A stretch of 64,000 nt of DNA from Nitrospirota bacterium (GTDB taxonomy: Bacteria > Nitrospirota > JACRHJ01): NCBI GenBank assembly GCA_963845245.1, contig CAWJRJ010000018.1:96001-160000 (forward strand), in the 5' to 3' direction. The notes beneath the pieces are model-generated. The model saw nothing but the letters and a program-made list of their open reading frames with translations, was not told where the DNA came from and did no database searches. This document shows, one piece after another, positions 51,130 through 62,113 of this stretch; within the stretch, counting starts at the first letter, position 1, and each line of letters opens with the position of its first letter. The position numbers and the translations under genes were made by a program.

Positions 51130-53811
51130 ATGGCATCGAAAAAGTTCGTTTATTTCTTCGGGAACGGTAAGGCAGACGGCAGGGGTGATATGAAGGACCT
51201 GCTCGGCGGAAAGGGCGCGGGCCTTGCCGAGATGACAAACGCGGGTGTCCCGGTCCCGCCCGGTTTTACTATCACCACCGAGGTTTGCGCCCTCTTCTAC
51301 AAGGCAAAGAACAGGATCCCGAAAGAAGTCGATGCCGAAATCGCCACGAACCTTTCCAAGCTTGAAAAAGCGATGGGCAAGAAGCTGGGCGACGCCAAAG
51401 ACCCGCTCCTCGTGTCCGTGCGCTCCGGCGCCAAGTTCTCGATGCCGGGCATGATGGATACGGTTCTCAACCTGGGCCTGAACGACGAGACGGTAAAGGG
51501 CCTTATCGCGAAGTCCGGCAACGAGCGCTTCGCGTGGGACGCATACCGCCGCTTCATACAGATGTTCGGCAACGTCGTCTTGAACATAGAGAAGGATAAC
51601 TTCGAACATATACTCGAACAGAAAAAAGAAGAGCGGAAGATCCAGCTCGACGTAGACCTTACGGTCGAGGACCTCAAGGACCTTGTGAAGCAGTTCAAGA
51701 AGAAGGTCAAAGCCATAACCAGAAAGGACTTCCCCGAGGACCCGCACGCGCAGCTGAAGATGTCCGAAGAGGCGGTCTTCATGTCCTGGAACAACCCGAG
51801 GGCTATAACCTACCGCAGGCTGAACGACATACCCGGCGACCTGGGCACGGCTGTCAACGTACAGGCGATGGTCTTCGGCAACATGGGAAACACATCCGCC
51901 ACGGGCGTGGGCTTCACAAGGAACCCGGCAACCGGCGCCAAGGAGTTCTACGGCGAGTACCTGACCAACGCGCAGGGCGAGGACGTCGTCGCGGGCATCA
52001 GGACGCCGAACCCGATAGTGAACCTTGCCAAGGAGATGCCGAAGGTATACAAGCAGCTCAGAGACATCACAAGCAAGCTTGAGAAACATTACAGGGATGT
52101 CCAGGACTTCGAGTTCACCGTCCAGGAAAACGTCCTCTTCATGCTCCAGACCCGTACAGGAAAACGCACTGCGCAGGCCGCAGTCACGATAGCCGTCGAT
52201 ATGGTCAAGGAGAAGCTAATATCGAAGGAAGAGGCGATCCTCAGGGTTGAGCCGTCCCAGCTCGACCAGCTCCTGCACCCGATAATCGACCCCAAGGCCA
52301 AGAAGAAGGTACTAACCAAGGGCCTGAACGCATCGCCGGGCGCGGCGGTCGGCAAGGCGGTATTCACGGCAGACGACGCGGTGGCAATGGCCAAGCACGG
52401 CAAGGTGATACTCGTCAGGACCGAGACAAACCCGGACGACATCCACGGGATGGACGCCGCCGCCGGCATCCTCACCGCCAGGGGCGGCATGACAAGCCAT
52501 GCGGCCGTCGTCGCCAGGGGCATGGGCACGCCGTGCGTCGCGGGCTGCGAGTCGATAAAGGTGGACGAGAAGGCCGGGAAGTTCTCCGTGAACGGAGTAA
52601 CCGTCAAAGAGGGCGAGTTCATCACCATAGACGGCACCACCGGCGAGGTGATGCTGGGCTCGATGCCGACAATCGAGCCGGCCCTTACCGGCGACTTCGG
52701 TATACTGATGGGCTGGGTTGACAAGATGAGGACGCTTAAGGTCAGGGCCAACGCCGATATACCGAGGGACGCAAAGGTCGCGCGCGAGTTCGGCGCAGAA
52801 GGCATCGGCCTCTGCCGTACGGAGCATATGTTCTTTGCGGAGGAGAGGCTTCCGATAGTCCAGGAGATGATACTGGCCGACACCGTTGAGGCCAGGGAGA
52901 AGGCGCTCGCCAAGCTCCTCCCGATGCAGCGTTCAGACTTCCTGGGCCTGTTCCAGGAGATGAAGGGATACCCTGTCACCATAAGGCTCCTCGACCCGCC
53001 GCTGCACGAGTTCCTGCCCAAGCGCGAAGAACTTATGGTCGAGCTTGAGGTGATGAAGGCTACCGGCAAGGGCAAGACCCCCAAGGCCCAGAAGATTGCC
53101 AAGCTCTTATCGAGGGTTGAGGAACTGCATGAGTTCAACCCGATGCTCGGACACAGGGGATGCCGGCTTGGCATAGTATACCCGGAGATAACCAGGATGC
53201 AGGCCCGCGCCATATTCGAGGCTGCGGCCGCACTCGCAAAGAAAAAGACCAAGGTCGTCCCGGAAGTAATGATCCCGCTGGTTGGCATGGTGCCCGAGCT
53301 TGCAAACCAGAAGAAGATCATGGTCGAGATGGCCGACAAGGTCATGAAGGAGCAGAAGGTAAAGATAGACTATATGGTCGGAACAATGATAGAGCTGCCG
53401 CGCGCCGCGCTTGTCGCGGATGAGATCGCGAAAGAGGCGGACTTCTTCTCTTTCGGGACGAACGACCTGACCCAGACCACCTTCGGCTTCTCGAGGGACG
53501 ATGCGGGCAAGTTTATCACCTTCTACAGGGAAAACGGGATAATGGAAAAAGACCCGTTTGTCGCCATAGACCAGGAGGGCGTTGGACAGCTTGTGAAGAT
53601 GGGCGTCGAGAAGGGGCGCTCCACGAAGCCCAAGTTAAAGGTCGGTATATGCGGCGAGCACGGCGGCGAGCCGAGCTCTGTCGAGTTCTGCCATAGGACC
53701 GGACTTGACTACGTCAGCTGCTCCCCGTACAGGGTGCCAATCGCAAGGCTTGCAGCGGCGCACGCCAGCATAAAGGCGTCAGGCAAGGTCAAGGCCTCCG
53801 TTACAAAGTAA
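51130..53811 (+). CDS. ppdK: Pyruvate phosphate dikinase
   Basis: LLGGKGAGLAEM, SMPGMMDT, GGMTSHAAVVAR, GLCRTEHMF, GICGEHGG. Confidence 0.98.
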   Translation: MASKKFVYFFGNGKADGRGDMKDLLGGKGAGLAEMTNAGVPVPPGFTITTEVCALFYKAKNRIPKEVDAEIATNLSKLEKAMGKKLGDAKDPLLVSVRSGAKFSMPGMMDTVLNLGLNDETVKGLIAKSGNERFAWDAYRRFIQMFGNVVLNIEKDNFEHILEQKKEERKIQLDVDLTVEDLKDLVKQFKKKVKAITRKDFPEDPHAQLKMSEEAVFMSWNNPRAITYRRLNDIPGDLGTAVNVQAMVFGNMGNTSATGVGFTRNPATGAKEFYGEYLTNAQGEDVVAGIRTPNPIVNLAKEMPKVYKQLRDITSKLEKHYRDVQDFEFTVQENVLFMLQTRTGKRTAQAAVTIAVDMVKEKLISKEEAILRVEPSQLDQLLHPIIDPKAKKKVLTKGLNASPGAAVGKAVFTADDAVAMAKHGKVILVRTETNPDDIHGMDAAAGILTARGGMTSHAAVVARGMGTPCVAGCESIKVDEKAGKFSVNGVTVKEGEFITIDGTTGEVMLGSMPTIEPALTGDFGILMGWVDKMRTLKVRANADIPRDAKVAREFGAEGIGLCRTEHMFFAEERLPIVQEMILADTVEAREKALAKLLPMQRSDFLGLFQEMKGYPVTIRLLDPPLHEFLPKREELMVELEVMKATGKGKTPKAQKIAKLLSRVEELHEFNPMLGHRGCRLGIVYPEITRMQARAIFEAAAALAKKKTKVVPEVMIPLVGMVPELANQKKIMVEMADKVMKEQKVKIDYMVGTMIELPRAALVADEIAKEADFFSFGTNDLTQTTFGFSRDDAGKFITFYRENGIMEKDPFVAIDQEGVGQLVKMGVEKGRSTKPKLKVGICGEHGGEPSSVEFCHRTGLDYVSCSPYRVPIARLAAAHASIKASGKVKASVTK

Positions 53812-53816
53812 ACCGT

Positions 53817-53842
53817 AAGGGGAGCCGTGGGCTCCCCTTCTT
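53817..53842 (+). terminator. Hairpin, probable terminator after ppdK
   Basis: AAGGGGAGCC-gtg-GGCTCCCCTT. Confidence 0.65.
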
Positions 53843-53871
53843 CTATATATCTCTTGTTTCACCACATCCAG

Positions 53872-55056
53872 ATGAACGAAAACAAAACAGACGAATATTA
53901 TATGAACATAGCCCTAGACCTTGCGCAGATGGGGAAGGGCATGACTAGCCCAAACCCGATGGTCGGCGCGGTCGTAGTGACTGACGGGAAGATAGTGGGC
54001 AAAGGCTGGCACAGGAAGGCCGGCACGCCGCACGGTGAGGCGATTGCGCTTGAGAAGGCCGGTGCAAAAGCTGAAGGTGGTACGTTATACGTAAACCTGG
54101 AGCCTTGCTGCCATACCGACAAACTTACTCCACCATGCACTGAAGCGGTAATAAAGAGCAAGGTCGCAAAGGTGGTGATCGGCATGGTGGACCCCAACCC
54201 GAAGGTATCCGGGAAGGGCGTTGAGGCGCTTAAGAAGGCCGGAATAGAGGTCGTCACAGGCGTACTCCAGGAGCGCTGCGAGCGGCTTAATCAGGTCTTC
54301 ACAAAATACATCACCACCGGGATGCCGTTTGTCACCATGAAGATTGCCCAGACACTGGACGGCAAGATCGCCACGGCCACAGGTGAGTCAAAATGGATAA
54401 CCGGCGTGGAGGCGCGCAGGTTCGGGCACACCCTCAGAAATTATGCCGATGCTATTGTGGTCGGCATAGGGACCGTCCTCAGGGATGACCCAAGCCTGAC
54501 GACCCGCCTTGAGGACAACCCCAACAGCCGCGACCCGAACCGAATCATACTCGACAGCCGCCTCAGGATACCGCCGGATGCAAAGGTCCTGAACGTGGAA
54601 TCTGCGGCTACAACCTACATTGCCACAACCGTAGCAGCCTCTACCCATAAGATGAAAGAGGTCAAGGCCAAAGGTGCCGAGCTACTGATCATCGACGAGG
54701 CGGAAGAGGGGATGCTCAACCTTGTCATGCTGATGGAAGAGTTGGCAAGGATGGGCATGACCAACATACTCTTTGAAGGCGGCGCCAGGGTAAATGCCGA
54801 GGCGCTCCGGTCTGGTATAATAGACAAGGCGATGTTCTTTATCGCGCCCAAGCTGCTTGGAGGCGACGACGCAAAAGGTTCGATAGGCGGCAGGTCGCCT
54901 GAGTCGCTCACGGAAGCCGTCCCGCTTTTGGATATTCACTACACCAGGCTAGGCGACGACCTGCTTATTGAGGGATATTTAAAGAAGTCCGAGGTCCAGG
55001 ACTCCACAGTGGAAACTCCACCCAAGAAAAAACGCAGAAGGAACAAACGCAAATAG
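53872..55056 (+). CDS. ribD: Riboflavin deaminase/reductase
   Basis: PNPMVG, PHGE, LEPCCH, TLDGKIA, SKWIT, EGG. Confidence 0.96.
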   Translation: MNENKTDEYYMNIALDLAQMGKGMTSPNPMVGAVVVTDGKIVGKGWHRKAGTPHGEAIALEKAGAKAEGGTLYVNLEPCCHTDKLTPPCTEAVIKSKVAKVVIGMVDPNPKVSGKGVEALKKAGIEVVTGVLQERCERLNQVFTKYITTGMPFVTMKIAQTLDGKIATATGESKWITGVEARRFGHTLRNYADAIVVGIGTVLRDDPSLTTRLEDNPNSRDPNRIILDSRLRIPPDAKVLNVESAATTYIATTVAASTHKMKEVKAKGAELLIIDEAEEGMLNLVMLMEELARMGMTNILFEGGARVNAEALRSGIIDKAMFFIAPKLLGGDDAKGSIGGRSPESLTEAVPLLDIHYTRLGDDLLIEGYLKKSEVQDSTVETPPKKKRRRNKRK

Positions 55057-55707
55057 ATGTTTACCGGTATAATCGAAGAGCTGGGCAGTATTGCCGGCAT
55101 AAAAAAGGGCGCGCGTTCCGCCGTGCTGCGTGTGGACTCGACCGTCGTGGTTGGGGACGTGAAGCTTGGAGATAGCATATCAGTCAACGGTGTCTGCCTT
55201 ACGGTAGTTGATTTTAACAAAACATCCTTCTCCGCCGAAGTCATGGCAGAGACCCTGCGCAGGTCTAACCTTGGAGGTCTTAAGGCAGGCAGCAAGGTGA
55301 ACCTTGAGCGCGCCCTGAGGCCGACGGACCGCTTGGGCGGTCATTTCGTCTCAGGGCATATCGACGGTGTCGGGACGATAAAATCAGTAGTAAAAGAAGA
55401 TATCGCAGATGTATTCACAATCGCCGCCCCGAGCGCCGTGTTGAAGTATGTCATAGAGAAGGGCTCGATTGCGGTGGATGGCATAAGCCTGACTTTGGTT
55501 GACCTGACGGAAGACGCTTTTCGGGTGTCTCTGATACCGCACACCAGCGCCAACACCACGCTCGGCTTTAAAAAGTCCGGGGATACCGTGAATCTGGAAT
55601 CTGACCTTATCGCGAAGTATATAGAGAGGCTCTTGAAGAAGGATTCTTCCGGCCCGGAAGGCGGAGGTATCGACCAGGGCTTTCTAGCCCGCCACGGTTT
55701 TTTCTAG
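55057..55707 (+). CDS. ribE: Riboflavin synthase (alpha chain)
   Basis: MFTGIIEE, VNGVCLTV, VNLERA, GGHFVSGH. Confidence 0.97.
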   Translation: MFTGIIEELGSIAGIKKGARSAVLRVDSTVVVGDVKLGDSISVNGVCLTVVDFNKTSFSAEVMAETLRRSNLGGLKAGSKVNLERALRPTDRLGGHFVSGHIDGVGTIKSVVKEDIADVFTIAAPSAVLKYVIEKGSIAVDGISLTLVDLTEDAFRVSLIPHTSANTTLGFKKSGDTVNLESDLIAKYIERLLKKDSSGPEGGGIDQGFLARHGFF

Positions 55708-55730
55708 TTTAAATCTGTAAGTGAAGAATT

Positions 55731-55778
55731 AAAAGGCCGGTACACTGTTGTGGCGATCTGACAAAGTACCGGTCTTTT
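55731..55778. terminator. Long hairpin, paralogous to 56115-56164
   Basis: AAAAGGCCGGTAC...GTACCGGTCTTTT. Confidence 0.7.
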
Positions 55779-55809
55779 ATTATCCAGAAGAAACTATAGC
55801 ATACGGGAC

Positions 55810-56091
55810 TTATAATCCTGTATGAAGTTTTAGTTTTGTTATACTCCTGGCTTTACCATCGTAATATGTAACTGAAATTTTATCGTTCTCCTTGAAATTC
55901 TTTAACATGTACTTGTCTGCCTTCAGGGTAATTGTTTCTTTTGTATCGGCGGTACGAAAAACAAAGGTGCCCTTCACTGCATTTATAGACTTTAAAGTCC
56001 CGATCCTTATCGTGTCTGTAGCAAAAACGGATGTTGCAATGAATAAAAGAATGAATAATGACCCTACTAATATAGAGAAGTGTTTTTTCAT
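55810..56091 (-). CDS. Small secreted beta-rich protein; mature part lacks the Cys residues of its upstream paralog
   Basis: RBS GGAGGT, signal peptide, GTLKSINAVKGT and ITLKADK shared with the paralog. Confidence 0.75.
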   Translation of the reverse strand: MKKHFSILVGSLFILLFIATSVFATDTIRIGTLKSINAVKGTFVFRTADTKETITLKADKYMLKNFKENDKISVTYYDGKARSITKLKLHTGL

Positions 56092-56114
56092 AAAAACCTC
56101 CTAATTCTTCAATT

Positions 56115-56164
56115 AAAAAGGCCGGTAGACTGTCGGGGGGAGTTGACAGCGTACCGGCCTTTTT
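56115..56164 (-). terminator. Long hairpin terminator
   Basis: AAAAAGGCCGGTA...TACCGGCCTTTTT. Confidence 0.75.
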
Positions 56165-56180
56165 ATTATTAGAATAGAAA

Positions 56181-56471
56181 CTAGCAGCCGACGGGAACCT
56201 TCGCGCCGCGGTCCTTCAATATCTTGGAGGCGGTACCGGCGTCATAGGTTACCTTAACCTTGTCTTTTGCCTTGAAGGAGCCGATAACTGCCTTGTCGGC
56301 CTTCAGGGTAACCGAGTCTTTGCTGCCGGCAGGGCAGAATTCTATTGTGCCCTTGGCGGCGTCTACTGCCTTTAAGGTGCCTGCCTTTGTCTCAGCGGCG
56401 GCAAAGGCGGCCGTGGCGACAAAGGATACTACGAACAACGAAACAATCAACAGTGAAAAAAACTTCTTCAT
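56181..56471 (-). CDS. Small secreted protein ending KVPVGC
   Basis: RBS GGAGGT, signal peptide ending AFA, internal FCP, terminal GC. Confidence 0.8.
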   Translation of the reverse strand: MKKFFSLLIVSLFVVSFVATAAFAAAETKAGTLKAVDAAKGTIEFCPAGSKDSVTLKADKAVIGSFKAKDKVKVTYDAGTASKILKDRGAKVPVGC

Positions 56472-56684
56472 AAACACCTCCGTAATGTTTAAGATCCCCC
56501 CTGTTTTTGATAAGACCATTTACTCTTTTAGACGAACGAGCATGAAAAATATATCAGACAATTTTGTTATTAACAAGAAAAAAATAGAACCGTGTTTCTC
56601 TTTTATTATAATGGCATAAATTATTGACAAAAAAGCGTTTATTTTATAACCTTTAAGTAATGATTATAAACAATGGTGGGGGAT

Positions 56685-58133
56685 ATGGACAAAGGGCTTA
56701 TATTTGAAAAAGGCGGAAAGGGCAGGGCGGCATACAGCCTTCAGGCCTGCGATGTACCGGTACGGGATGCTGCGGACCTTTTGCCGAAAATTCTCCTGCG
56801 GGATGAGCCTCCCGCGCTCCCGGAGGTGTCCGAGCCGGAGCTTGTGCGTCACTATATAAACCTCTCCCAGCAAAACTACAGCGTGGACGGCAACTTCTAC
56901 CCGCTTGGTTCATGCACGATGAAATACAACCCCAAGATAAACGAGGACATGGCTAATCTGCCGGGGCTGAACCTCATCCACCCGCTCCAGCCGGACGAGA
57001 CCGTGCAGGGGGCGCTGAGGCTGATGTACGAGCTTGAGGGGCTGCTGAAGGAGATAGGCGGCCTGTCCAGGGTGTCGCTCCAGCCGGCCGCAGGGGCGCA
57101 GGGCGAGCTTACCGGGATGCTGGTCATACGTGCATATCATGAATCAAAGGGCGCGCCGCGCAGGAAGGTCATAGTCCCCGATTCTGCCCATGGCACCAAC
57201 CCTGCTTCAGCCCATCTTGCGGGCTTTGAGGTTGTGGAGGTAAAGTCAAGCCCCGAGGGGCTGGTGGACATTGAACGCCTCAGGGAGCTTGCGGACACGG
57301 ACACGGCGGGCTTCATGTTGACAGTCCCGAACACACTGGGGCTTTTTGAGAAGGACATAATAGAGATAAGCCGCATCATCCACGACGCGGGCGGCCTTAT
57401 GTACATGGACGGGGCCAATATGAATGCCCTGGTGGGGCTGGTGAGGCCGGGCGACATGGGCTTCGATGTCGTGCATTTCAACCTGCACAAGACCTTCTCC
57501 ACCCCGCACGGGGGAGGGGGGCCGGGTGCAGGGCCTGTGGGCGTAACGGAGGAGCTTGCGCGCTTCCTGCCGTCCCCGATGGTGGAGAAAGACGGCGACC
57601 GCTATTACCTGGATTATGACAGGCCGGACTCCATCGGCCGGGTGCAGGCATTCAACGGGAACTTCGGGGTGCTGGTGCGCGCCTACGCATACATCAGGAG
57701 CATGGGGCCGGACGGCCTCCGCGAGGTCTCCGAGAACGCCATCATCAACGCCAACTACCTGCTTGCAAGGCTGAAGGACCACTACCAGCTTGCGCACGAC
57801 ACCCATTGCATGCACGAGGTCGTCTTCTCCGGCAAGCTCCAGAAGGAGCAGGGCGTGCATACGAGGGACATCGCAAAGAGGCTGCTCGATTTCGGCTTCT
57901 ATGCCCCGACGGTATACTTCCCGCTCGTGGTGGATGAGGCGATAATGATCGAGCCGACCGAGACGGAATCGAAGCAGACGCTGGACGCATTCGTGGACGC
58001 GATGGTCGAGATTGCGCGCGAGGTTATCGAGACGCCCGAGAAGGTCCTGAACGCCCCGCACACCACACCGCTTTCCCGCCTTGACGAGACCGAGGCCGCA
58101 CGGCATCCGGTGATAAGGTACATTCCTAAATAA
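56685..58133 (+). CDS. gcvPB: Glycine dehydrogenase subunit 2
   Basis: [46 protein letters not shown]. Confidence 0.97.
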   Translation: MDKGLIFEKGGKGRAAYSLQACDVPVRDAADLLPKILLRDEPPALPEVSEPELVRHYINLSQQNYSVDGNFYPLGSCTMKYNPKINEDMANLPGLNLIHPLQPDETVQGALRLMYELEGLLKEIGGLSRVSLQPAAGAQGELTGMLVIRAYHESKGAPRRKVIVPDSAHGTNPASAHLAGFEVVEVKSSPEGLVDIERLRELADTDTAGFMLTVPNTLGLFEKDIIEISRIIHDAGGLMYMDGANMNALVGLVRPGDMGFDVVHFNLHKTFSTPHGGGGPGAGPVGVTEELARFLPSPMVEKDGDRYYLDYDRPDSIGRVQAFNGNFGVLVRAYAYIRSMGPDGLREVSENAIINANYLLARLKDHYQLAHDTHCMHEVVFSGKLQKEQGVHTRDIAKRLLDFGFYAPTVYFPLVVDEAIMIEPTETESKQTLDAFVDAMVEIAREVIETPEKVLNAPHTTPLSRLDETEAARHPVIRYIPK

Positions 58134-58207
58134 TAAATGTAAGTAAACTTTATTGTTGCTTTTCTGATATAGATTGCGCATAATTCCTCGAAATTAAATC
58201 GAGGAAT

Positions 58208-61200
58208 ATGGAATATAAAAGTAACAGGATTTTGATAGTTCTGACGCTCGCTGTCCTCCTTTTTTGCAGTGTGAGGATAAGCGCGGCGGCGTCTGAACTC
58301 CAGCACACGAACTGGGATCCTAGCATTGACGGGGACTGCACGGTCTGCCATGTTTCACCTTCGACTTTCCTGAATCAAGACTACAAAGACGATCCCGGCT
58401 TCTGCGTTGCCTGCCATAACCCGTCCGGTGTGGGGCATGACAAGGGTGTTTCCGGATATTCACATCCTGTAATGGCGATTGTGACTACGGGTGGAAACAG
58501 GTTCCCCACGTATGGAAACATGACTGCGGCCGAGGCTAACAATCAGCCATTTTCCAGGCTAAGGAACGGGTCGATGGTGTCATGCATTACATGCCACAAC
58601 ACAATGCAAAAGACCGAAGACGCCTCCAGGGTATGGGAGTACACTTCCACCAGCGACAATACAACATACAGGCTTCAGAACGGCGGATGGTCTTCTCATG
58701 GATATTTGAAGCCGTTGGTATACAGTGATACAAACCTGTGGTCCGGCCCGACTTATTCAAAGAGCAAAAAGGCCTATGTTGTCGACAAGTCAGAATACTC
58801 CTTTAACGAGTACTCGGGATTTGTCAGGTTCAATGCACAGCAACCTGACCCGACCTATATATATGTTACTCTTGATTATCCTTACCTGCGTGCGTCAAAT
58901 CTCGATAACCATCTTTGCCTGGACTGCCATACACAGGCCACGCATAAAGACAACAATTGTCTCGTCTGCCACACAGCCCACAATACAGCCAACAAAAGCG
59001 GCGTGAGGGAGATAATAAGGACGACAGACCTTTCCGAGAGGCCGGTTGTATTCAGGAACCAGTCCGGCATGAACTCCTTTGCCGACGGCGATGGGGTCTA
59101 CGACGGTATATGCGAGGTTTGCCACACGGCAACCAAGTATTACAGACGGGACGGAAGTGGGTTTACAAACCATTCGGGCGGAGTCGATTATTCAAGAGCA
59201 AGCTGTATTGAATGTCATAGGCACTCTGAAGGTTTTGCCTATAAACCACCTACTTTTGAGACGAACACCACTGTTGTACCGCCTACGCCGACCGCCCCGA
59301 ACCTTGCCGGTACCCGCGGCGGTTACAAGAGGATTTATGTAGGTCTGGCAAATCCTATCCGCTCGGGTAATGACGCGGATTTCCAATATACCATGATATA
59401 TTGGAAGCAGGGAGCCTACACCGACCCTTATCTCGACACAAGTGGGATGCCAACTGTCGGGTACTATGTGCTACCAAACAGCGATTGCGGCATTCCAGGG
59501 AAGTTCACCGGCACCGGCACTATCACAACAATCTTCAATGACGAGAACACGGTGCTTCCTAATAACGTAGAGCCCAACCTGCAAGCATCGCAATACACGT
59601 TGATTGCGGTCTCTCATTACAGTTGCAGAGGTTTCGTTACAAACAATACGACCGCTTCTGTTCAACCATACCTTTGCGGTGACGACCCGGAATTCCCTGG
59701 CGCGCCGCCTATAAACGGCGGGGTGAACCCGAGCCCGCCTTATCAGGCTTATGGCGGGTTAAACGTTACCAGAAGCGGGGGATGCCTACTTAGCGACCCC
59801 GTAACCGGAGTGGAAACAAGGCAGCCTATAAGCTTTACTTTTTCTTATGGCGGCGAAGGCGTTATTTATGATTATGCGGGTGTTTATGTTGAAAAAAGAG
59901 AAAACGGCACTCTCCTTGGAAGCTGGGGCCCGCTCTGGTCGAGTTTCGTTGATCCGGCGCCGGCACTCGATTCGGACGGCCACCACTATGACTACTGGTT
60001 CAAGCTTGCCGACTGTGCATATGTCAACGGAACTAACACGACGGATATAACATCCGACGCTGATGCCATGAAGATAAACGGCGTTGCGCCTGGAGACATT
60101 ACCGAGCAGACTGGCGGCAAGGTGGTCGTATTCGGGAGTTTCTCCTCGATACCGGGTGGCTCGTTTTATCACAACGCCGTCAAGTTCAATATAGTAAATA
60201 CTGCGGCTTGCAATATCAGTTTACAATCGTTCGACAATATCACATGGAACAATGCCGACGCGTATTTGCAGAACGTAATCATAGGGCCGTCGACCCCGAT
60301 AGGGGGTACGGCTGCTTATCAACAGGACGTTGCCGTGCCTGACGGGTCGGTTTTGTCCGGTACAAACCGCGTTGCTTCCGTGCCATTTACAACCAATCCA
60401 TTGATCCAGGACTTTGGTACGGCCGTGGGTCCATCTATGGCGATACCGGTGACGCTTGTATTCACCAACTCGTCCGGAGGCATGGACCAAATTGTAGACA
60501 TGAGGAACACGACCATTACGCTGAATGCAAAATACATTAACACCTCCACAAACGGCACCTGCTCGAAAAACGGGACAATAAGTGTATCGCTTGGGCCAGT
60601 AATTTCCGGCGTCGAACAGGACAAACCTCTGTCATCTACCCTCCCGTTTGCCGTACCGGGAAGTTCAGGTACTAACATTCCTCCGGCTATAATTGTAGAC
60701 AGCGGAACGACGGCCAATGTCATCGGTTATGTGAATGATCTGGATGCCGCCCTTTCTTCGGTCAAGCTTTACTATAAGACTACAGGGCAGGGCGTGACCA
60801 GTGTTGACGGTTCCGGGTTTACTGAGTTGAACCTGCTTAACCCCAGCAGTAATATTTACACCCTTACGGATGGCAACACTGATAACAGGATACCGATTTC
60901 GGATGGACTTAGGGTCTGGTATTACTTTGTCGCGAGGGATACCGCCGGGAATTTCGACACCTCGCCAGCGGCAGGCAACGGCTATTACACGTACGACCAG
61001 AAAATAGTCAACATATGCGACAAGACCCCGCAAGCCCCTGTGCTGACCGCAACAAAGACTACCGTTGGGCCTACCGATTACGGCCATCTTTCTTGGACGG
61101 TCGTGACAAAATATACCGATGGCTCAGACATCCAATTGTCGGGAACTGCTGCGGACGCCATAAAATACGACGTCTACAGGCAGGACGGGTTTACCGGAAG

Positions 61201-62113
61201 TCTCGTGAATATAGCGTCCAACCTTACTGCCCTCATGTACGACGATCCGACTGCGCTTACACAGCCTGCAACGTATTATGTGAAGGCGAAGAACGCATGT
61301 ACAGACCCAGGACCTAATGTAAGCTCGCAATCTAATCTTGGCACAATCTGCGCAGGAACGTCGGCTTCATGCGCCGTAGTCGTCGATCCGTCGGTAGCAT
61401 CGCTTAACACCAACTGGAGCAACCACACACTTGATGCACCTGTACCGGTGGACCTTTCTGTTTTCATCTGCGACAGGGTGAACGACGGGGGCGTCTGGGA
61501 CGGAGTTGATATTAGAAGCAGGATTATAATGACGATCTCTTCGGCGGCCGAGCCAAACCAGATTATCTATCTGTATGAGGTGAACGGAGACAGTGGGGTA
61601 TTCAAGCCGCTCGCCAACCCGAATATTCCGTTCCCCACGGACGCAGACGCATCAAAAATCAGCATAACAGCAAACCCCGCGCTGTACACCGGTGTTACCC
61701 TTGTGCAGGGTGCCACTACGGCCACAAACCTTTCGGATACCGTTACCTTTACGACCGATGCGGGATGCGGAAACGTGAGCGCCAGCGTCGCTGTATCCAC
61801 AGACCCGTGTTCAAATACTCCAGTACAGGTCACCGGCGTCACGACGCCTACGGTAACTGGTTCCGGTAGCACTGCAGTTGTTGGGTTCTCGTGGATGCAG
61901 GTGACTATCAACACTGACGGGTCTACGATTAACGACCTGGTAAAATATAGGATATATAAGAATGACGTGTTGTACAAAGAAGTTACAACCAACTCGATAT
62001 CTGTTTCAATAACGGATTTTGCAAGGAATGTTCCAACTATATTAACGGTTTCGGCTGTTGATTCCTGCGGTAACGAAGGCGCGAAGTCGGCTGGTGTGGG
62101 TTTCACGAGATAA
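58208..62113 (+). CDS. Secreted multiheme cytochrome c (7 CxxCH) fused to a ~950-aa extracellular region with FN3-like modules
   Basis: CTVCH, CVACH, CITCH, CLDCH, CLVCH, CEVCH, CIECH in the first ~340 aa; LSWT...YDVYR...YYVKAKN and FSW...YRIY...VSAVDSCGNE modules later. Confidence 0.88.
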   Translation: MEYKSNRILIVLTLAVLLFCSVRISAAASELQHTNWDPSIDGDCTVCHVSPSTFLNQDYKDDPGFCVACHNPSGVGHDKGVSGYSHPVMAIVTTGGNRFPTYGNMTAAEANNQPFSRLRNGSMVSCITCHNTMQKTEDASRVWEYTSTSDNTTYRLQNGGWSSHGYLKPLVYSDTNLWSGPTYSKSKKAYVVDKSEYSFNEYSGFVRFNAQQPDPTYIYVTLDYPYLRASNLDNHLCLDCHTQATHKDNNCLVCHTAHNTANKSGVREIIRTTDLSERPVVFRNQSGMNSFADGDGVYDGICEVCHTATKYYRRDGSGFTNHSGGVDYSRASCIECHRHSEGFAYKPPTFETNTTVVPPTPTAPNLAGTRGGYKRIYVGLANPIRSGNDADFQYTMIYWKQGAYTDPYLDTSGMPTVGYYVLPNSDCGIPGKFTGTGTITTIFNDENTVLPNNVEPNLQASQYTLIAVSHYSCRGFVTNNTTASVQPYLCGDDPEFPGAPPINGGVNPSPPYQAYGGLNVTRSGGCLLSDPVTGVETRQPISFTFSYGGEGVIYDYAGVYVEKRENGTLLGSWGPLWSSFVDPAPALDSDGHHYDYWFKLADCAYVNGTNTTDITSDADAMKINGVAPGDITEQTGGKVVVFGSFSSIPGGSFYHNAVKFNIVNTAACNISLQSFDNITWNNADAYLQNVIIGPSTPIGGTAAYQQDVAVPDGSVLSGTNRVASVPFTTNPLIQDFGTAVGPSMAIPVTLVFTNSSGGMDQIVDMRNTTITLNAKYINTSTNGTCSKNGTISVSLGPVISGVEQDKPLSSTLPFAVPGSSGTNIPPAIIVDSGTTANVIGYVNDLDAALSSVKLYYKTTGQGVTSVDGSGFTELNLLNPSSNIYTLTDGNTDNRIPISDGLRVWYYFVARDTAGNFDTSPAAGNGYYTYDQKIVNICDKTPQAPVLTATKTTVGPTDYGHLSWTVVTKYTDGSDIQLSGTAADAIKYDVYRQDGFTGSLVNIASNLTALMYDDPTALTQPATYYVKAKNACTDPGPNVSSQSNLGTICAGTSASCAVVVDPSVASLNTNWSNHTLDAPVPVDLSVFICDRVNDGGVWDGVDIRSRIIMTISSAAEPNQIIYLYEVNGDSGVFKPLANPNIPFPTDADASKISITANPALYTGVTLVQGATTATNLSDTVTFTTDAGCGNVSASVAVSTDPCSNTPVQVTGVTTPTVTGSGSTAVVGFSWMQVTINTDGSTINDLVKYRIYKNDVLYKEVTTNSISVSITDFARNVPTILTVSAVDSCGNEGAKSAGVGFTR

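Noticed and set aside
55731..56164. Paired hairpins as integron attC sites or SECIS elements
   Set aside because: No RYYYAAC/GTTRRRY boxes, no integrase, and the stops are TAG/TAA rather than TGA. Duplicated terminators explain them.
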